Positions 59,542 through 64,000 of a DNA stretch of 64,000 bases are shown piece after piece. A program made the position numbers and the translations under genes. Below the pieces are notes generated by a model. That model searched no databases and was not told where the DNA came from. It saw only the letters and a program-made list of their open reading frames with translations. Position 1 is the stretch's first letter, and every line of letters begins with the position of its first letter. This DNA is from an uncultured bacterium (GTDB taxonomy: Bacteria > Fidelibacterota > Marinisomatia > Marinisomatales > TCS56), in assembly GCA_964628055.1 (NCBI GenBank), contig CAZVNL010000003.1, positions 1,795-65,794 of the forward strand, given 5' to 3'.

Positions 59542-62192
59542 TGCAGCATCTCCAGATTAGATTGCACTTTTTCCAATTCCGTAGAAAGGGTCTGTAATTT
59601 TTCACGCTCCCGTTCGATGACTTGTTGTGGCGCCCGGGTGAGGAAATTCTCATTAGCCAATTTCCGCTCAATACCCTGAATGTATCCCATTACTTCATCA
59701 AAACGCTTCTTTAGGCGCCGCTGTTCCAACGCCAAGTCAATAAGACCCTCCAAAGGCATATAAATCTCCATTCCCCCGGTAACAGCCACTGCCGAGTGGG
59801 GTGGTTTTGTGGCTTCTGGATCAATGGTAATGTCCTGAATTCTGGTAAGGGACTGAATGATCTCCAAATATTCCCGGATCAGCTGGGAATGGTCGCCCGC
59901 AACTTTGATAACCACTTCACCTTTCCGAGCCGGGGGCACGTTCATCTGGCTACGGATGGTGCGAATTCCAGTGATTACCCCCTGCAAAGTCTCCATGGGC
60001 GCCAGGGCGGCGGGTGCTTCCCACGGCTCTTGCTGAACAGGCCAGGGAGCTACAATGAGATCAGGCTCGCCGGTGGCTTTAAAATGCTGCCATAGATCCT
60101 CGGTAATAAAAGGAGCGTAAGGATGAAGCAGGGCCAAAATGGATTTTAATACCTCTACGGCCACAAAACGGGCCTGCCGGGCTTTCTCCGGATCGGATCC
60201 CTGAAATCTGATCTTGGCAATCTCCACGTACCAGTCACAATAATCGCTCCAGGTAAATTCGTAGATGACCTTGGCAGCTTCGTTGAAATGAAAGCGCTTT
60301 AACTGGTCATCAACCCGCCCAATCGTCCGGTTCAGGCAATGTAAAATCCAACGCTCCGGCAAATCCAATTTTTCATAATCTAATTCTGCCGGGGAGGTCT
60401 CTGCACCATCCAAATTCATGATTACAAAGCGGGCGGCATTCCACAGCTTGTTCATAAAATTCCGGCCTATTTCCAGGCGGTTAGTGGAAAAGAGGACATC
60501 TAAGCCCTGGGGCGCCATGAGCATGATCCCCATTCTGACAGCGTCGGTCCCATACCGGTTGAACAGCTCAAAGGGGTCAGGGGAATTCCCCAGGGACTTG
60601 CTGAACTTCCGTCCCCGTTCGTCTCGGAGAATGCTGGTGAAATAGACATCCTTAAAGGGCGGCTTACCCATAAACTCGTACCCGGCCATGATCATGCGTG
60701 CCACCCAGAAAAAGATAATGTCGGGTCCCGTCACTAACACATGGGTGGGATAGAAATAGTGCAGTTCTTCACTCTCGTTGGGCCAGGAATGCACGGCAAA
60801 GGGCCACAACCAGGAACTGGCCCACGTATCCAGCACGTCTGGGTCCTGCTCAAGATTAGAACCGCCACACTGGCTACAGGTTTTCGGAGGCTCTACCTGA
60901 ACCATGATCTGCTCACAACCCTGGCAAGTATACACGGGAATACGATGGCCCCACCAGAGCTGGCGGCTAATACACCAATCCTTAATATTCTCCATCCAAT
61001 GATTGTAGGTTTTGACCCAGTGGGCGGGATGAAACCGAATCTTGCCCGCGGCTACCGCCTCCCGGGCCGGCTTGGCCAACTCGGTCATCCGCAAAAACCA
61101 CTGATCGGAAAGGTAAGTCTCAATGGGGACGTGTCCCCGTTCCGAGTAACCTACTTTGTGCCGGTAGTCCTCCACCTTCTCCAGGAGGCCCTGAGCTTTC
61201 AAATCGGCAATCACCGCTTCCCGCGCATGTTCCCGGCTTAATCCTTGATAGCGGTCGGGAACCTTTCCGTTCAAAGAGGCGTCGGGATTGAAGATGTTGA
61301 TTACCTCCAACCCATGGGTAAGCCCCATGGCGTAGTCGTTAGGATCGTGAGCGGGGGTAACTTTTACGCACCCTGTTCCAAACTCCGGGTCGACAAAGTC
61401 ATCAGCGATGATGGGGAGTTCCCGACCTACTAAAGGAAGCCAAGCTTTCTGACCCACCAGGTCTTTAAAGCGCGGGTCGTGGGGATTCACGGCAATGGCC
61501 GTATCCCCTAACATGGTCTCTGGTCGCGTGGTTGCCACCCTTACAAAACCGTCATGGCCCACTAGGGGATACCGCAAATACCATAATTTCCCTTGGACCG
61601 CCCGATAAAGGACTTCCTCATCGGAAATAGCCGATTGGGAGACGGGGCACCAGTTCACCAATCGGTGCCCGCGGTAGATTAACCCTTTGTGGTATAAACG
61701 GACGAATGCTTCCAGCACAGCGCGGCTATAGTTTTTATCCATCGTGAAACGCTCGCGCTGCCAATCACAGGAACAACCCAATTTCTTCAATTGACTGATG
61801 ATGATACCGCCGTATTTTTTCTTCCAGGCCCAGGCCTGTTCTAAAAAAGTCTCCCGGCTCAAGTCTTCCTTGCGAATTCCCTGCGCGGCAAGATGCTTGA
61901 CCACCTTGGCCTCCGTGGCGATGGAGGCGTGATCGGTACCGGGAATCCAACAGGCCTGTTTCCCCTTCATGCGGGCTTGGCGGATGAGGATATCTTGCAT
62001 AGTATTATTCAGGACATGACCCATGGTAAGCATACCGGTAACATTGGGGGGAGGAATCACAATTGTAAAGGGTTCCCGGTGGGGGTCAGGCTCCATGTGA
62101 AAATAGCCTTTACGCTCCCAGTGGCTATACCACCTCGCTTCCACCTGGGCGGGTTGGTAAACCTTATCTAAAACCACCGGATTCATTTCCAC
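59538..62192 (-). CDS. valS: valine--tRNA ligase
   Basis: 884 aa. HIGH-region PPPNVTGMLTMGHVLN, KMSKS as KFSKSLGN, an editing CP1 insertion and a C-terminal coiled coil. Confidence 0.95.
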   Translation of the reverse strand: MEMNPVVLDKVYQPAQVEARWYSHWERKGYFHMEPDPHREPFTIVIPPPNVTGMLTMGHVLNNTMQDILIRQARMKGKQACWIPGTDHASIATEAKVVKHLAAQGIRKEDLSRETFLEQAWAWKKKYGGIIISQLKKLGCSCDWQRERFTMDKNYSRAVLEAFVRLYHKGLIYRGHRLVNWCPVSQSAISDEEVLYRAVQGKLWYLRYPLVGHDGFVRVATTRPETMLGDTAIAVNPHDPRFKDLVGQKAWLPLVGRELPIIADDFVDPEFGTGCVKVTPAHDPNDYAMGLTHGLEVINIFNPDASLNGKVPDRYQGLSREHAREAVIADLKAQGLLEKVEDYRHKVGYSERGHVPIETYLSDQWFLRMTELAKPAREAVAAGKIRFHPAHWVKTYNHWMENIKDWCISRQLWWGHRIPVYTCQGCEQIMVQVEPPKTCSQCGGSNLEQDPDVLDTWASSWLWPFAVHSWPNESEELHYFYPTHVLVTGPDIIFFWVARMIMAGYEFMGKPPFKDVYFTSILRDERGRKFSKSLGNSPDPFELFNRYGTDAVRMGIMLMAPQGLDVLFSTNRLEIGRNFMNKLWNAARFVIMNLDGAETSPAELDYEKLDLPERWILHCLNRTIGRVDDQLKRFHFNEAAKVIYEFTWSDYCDWYVEIAKIRFQGSDPEKARQARFVAVEVLKSILALLHPYAPFITEDLWQHFKATGEPDLIVAPWPVQQEPWEAPAALAPMETLQGVITGIRTIRSQMNVPPARKGEVVIKVAGDHSQLIREYLEIIQSLTRIQDITIDPEATKPPHSAVAVTGGMEIYMPLEGLIDLALEQRRLKKRFDEVMGYIQGIERKLANENFLTRAPQQVIEREREKLQTLSTELEKVQSNLEMLQ

Positions 62193-62219
62193 AGGATCGT
62201 TTGCCGTCGTCGATGGGAA

Positions 62220-62723
62220 TTACCGTTCGAGAATTAAACTAAAGGCGGTCGTCAGTTTTAATACGTCCTGGTTGGCTTTCACCAGTTTGCGGGTAATGAT
62301 CCGTCCCAGGTTCCGCATGAGCTTGTAACCAATACTCGGATCAGTTTTGCAGACCTCATACAAATCTTCCTTGGTGATTTTAACCAATTCACATTCGGTG
62401 ATGGACTTCACGTTAGCCGTTCGGCGGTCTCCATCATCAAAAAGGGACATCTCCCCGAAAACGGGGTACATATCACTGGTGATGTGGATCATGGCCTTTT
62501 CACGATTATCAATCCTTCCTTTGGTCAGGGGCAGGGTCAGGGCCTTGGTTACTTCGACTTCGCCAGCGGTGAGGAGGTAAATACTATCCCCCACCTCCCC
62601 TTCGGTAATAAACTGTTCTTCGGCAGGAATTGTCATCTGGGTTCCTTTTTCACAGAACCGCTTGATTTCGCCATCCTCCATATCCCGGAAGATTTCAAAG
62701 GCTTTGGCTTGTGCTATTTCCAT
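62220..62723 (-). CDS. stand-alone cyclic-nucleotide-binding domain protein
   Basis: The cNMP-binding signature is FGEMSLFDDGDRRTANV. I use ATG 62723 (MEIAQAKAF), 7 nt after the channel stop, rather than the longer track ORF that overlaps the channel gene. Confidence 0.75.
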   Translation of the reverse strand: MEIAQAKAFEIFRDMEDGEIKRFCEKGTQMTIPAEEQFITEGEVGDSIYLLTAGEVEVTKALTLPLTKGRIDNREKAMIHITSDMYPVFGEMSLFDDGDRRTANVKSITECELVKITKEDLYEVCKTDPSIGYKLMRNLGRIITRKLVKANQDVLKLTTAFSLILER

Positions 62724-62730
62724 GAAGACC

Positions 62731-63855
62731 TCACGGTATGATAATGGCGCGTTCGCCAGCTTTAATAAGATACTCTTTACCGGGATTAATCGCCGTCTGA
62801 ATTTTGCTCTCTTCCTGCAAGGAGATACCACCCTCCTTTAATTTCCGTTCGATGAAAGCGTCTAAAGCGGACGTATCCGCCGAGAGAACTTCCCCAATTC
62901 CCAGGTTTTCCTCCTCCGAGTAGATCCCCACTAAAATCCACCCATGTTTCGTATGAAAATGATCAAACAGATCTTCAAAGGATTGGCCAATAAACTCCTT
63001 GGGGATGGAAACCCGTTTGAAACGCGCCGGAGTTTTATTGTTGAAGAGGGTATTAATCGTTTGGGGAATCCCCGGATCCATGACATGCGAAGCGAGAATA
63101 TAGGCCCCAAAATCGTCACTTACCACTACTTCATCCACATTGGCCCGGCGAATGTGGGTTAAATTTTCCCGATCGCTCAGGTAGGCAATAACCCGAACAT
63201 TGGGCTCCATCCCTTTGATAGTAAGGGTGGCAAATATGGTCTTTTCATCGGGATTCACCACCGTCCCATTAACAATATTGGGAATGATGACCACTGTGGA
63301 GGCTTCTCGCAGGTTGGCCTGTTCCAGAATCTGTTCGCTGGTAAAATCCCCGGCGACGAAATGCAAGCGGACGTCCCGGTAGCGATTCTTGAGATGGTTG
63401 ATCTGATCCTCCCCCAAATCGTTGATTAGAACTAAATCCAGGGATTCCCCTTCGGAGAGATACTGGATGGAGTCCATAATCTGCTCCCCGTTCTTGTTCC
63501 ATCCACAGAGAATAATATGATCACTTACTTTTACTTTTTCCAAGCCTTTATCCTCCCGGATACGTTTTGCTACAAAAATGGATGATATGGTGGCGGTGAG
63601 GAGTGACACTAAGGAAATGCCGGCAAACATTACCAAGACGGCGAATACCCTTCCTTCCATGGACTGGGGTGTATAATCACCGTACCCCACCGTGGTCATG
63701 GTGACAATGGCCCACCAGAACGGATTTTCACCTTCCGTAATCTTACCCGCTTCCAGGTGCCTCAATACCACGCCCCCCAGGAGCATGACAATGAAAATCC
63801 CCATGGCCACTTGGAAGAAGCTGTTACGAATCAGAACTCTAAACCACCGACGCAC
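62731..63855 (-). CDS. 2-TM potassium channel with an RCK/TrkA-N domain (MthK-like)
   Basis: 374 aa. Selectivity filter TTVGYGD between two TM helices, then a Rossmann-like RCK domain (IILCGWNKNG). GTG start. Confidence 0.85.
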   Translation of the reverse strand: MRRWFRVLIRNSFFQVAMGIFIVMLLGGVVLRHLEAGKITEGENPFWWAIVTMTTVGYGDYTPQSMEGRVFAVLVMFAGISLVSLLTATISSIFVAKRIREDKGLEKVKVSDHIILCGWNKNGEQIMDSIQYLSEGESLDLVLINDLGEDQINHLKNRYRDVRLHFVAGDFTSEQILEQANLREASTVVIIPNIVNGTVVNPDEKTIFATLTIKGMEPNVRVIAYLSDRENLTHIRRANVDEVVVSDDFGAYILASHVMDPGIPQTINTLFNNKTPARFKRVSIPKEFIGQSFEDLFDHFHTKHGWILVGIYSEEENLGIGEVLSADTSALDAFIERKLKEGGISLQEESKIQTAINPGKEYLIKAGERAIIIP

Positions 63856-64000
63856 AGTGAAAAATTTAAGGCTATCCTACTAAAGAAATAAGGATTGGAT
63901 TTCAGATTCCCAAATTCCACTAAAAACGAAGTGAGCGCTGTTCATTGGGCTACATTTCGTGGTAACTGCCTTGCTAACGCAAAAGTTTAGTAAAGTGCCT

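Overview
This is a gene-dense chromosomal segment with about 58 protein genes, roughly three quarters on the minus strand. I found no rRNA, tRNA, CRISPR array, transposase, integrase or phage genes by eye.

Most of the content is housekeeping:
- An EF-G paralog, manC, sfsA, hisC, tgt, radA, lpxH, argF, cca, recG and valS.
- A classical Kdo/LPS-transport/sigma-54 supercluster at 29.7-38.0 kb: kdsB-pyrG-kdsA-kdsC-lptC-lptB-rpoN-hflK-hflC.
- A TolC/HlyD/ABC-ATPase/2xFtsX-permease efflux operon at 41.5-48.1 kb.

A T9SS-type C-terminal sorting domain, LVIVD repeats, DUF2723/DUF4835-like genes and weak Shine-Dalgarno usage suggest an FCB-superphylum-like bacterium. That is inference only.

The most interesting observations are these:
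1. A Bcp peroxiredoxin has an in-frame TGA exactly at the peroxidatic-Cys codon, with a stem-loop just downstream. It is a candidate selenoprotein that the ORF track splits.
2. A near-consensus sigma-54 promoter with an upstream palindrome precedes a 45-aa membrane ORF and a PDZ/outer-membrane-barrel fusion protein. A DUF4390-like protein, an NtrY-like kinase and a GAFTGA sigma-54 activator follow directly. This is a candidate self-contained envelope-sensing module.
3. A LVIVD-repeat/T9SS-CTD gene is broken by one in-frame TAG and two frameshifts.
4. A 1060-1078 aa protein (start uncertain) fuses a gluzincin protease, PD40 propeller repeats and an Omp85-type barrel.
5. A 15-bp perfect hairpin lies beside an AT-rich islet that encodes a lipoprotein, an orphan receiver and a TPR/double-HTH regulator.

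All family names come from motif recognition in the translated ORFs. No database search was possible, and start codons are often uncertain (many GTG/TTG candidates).
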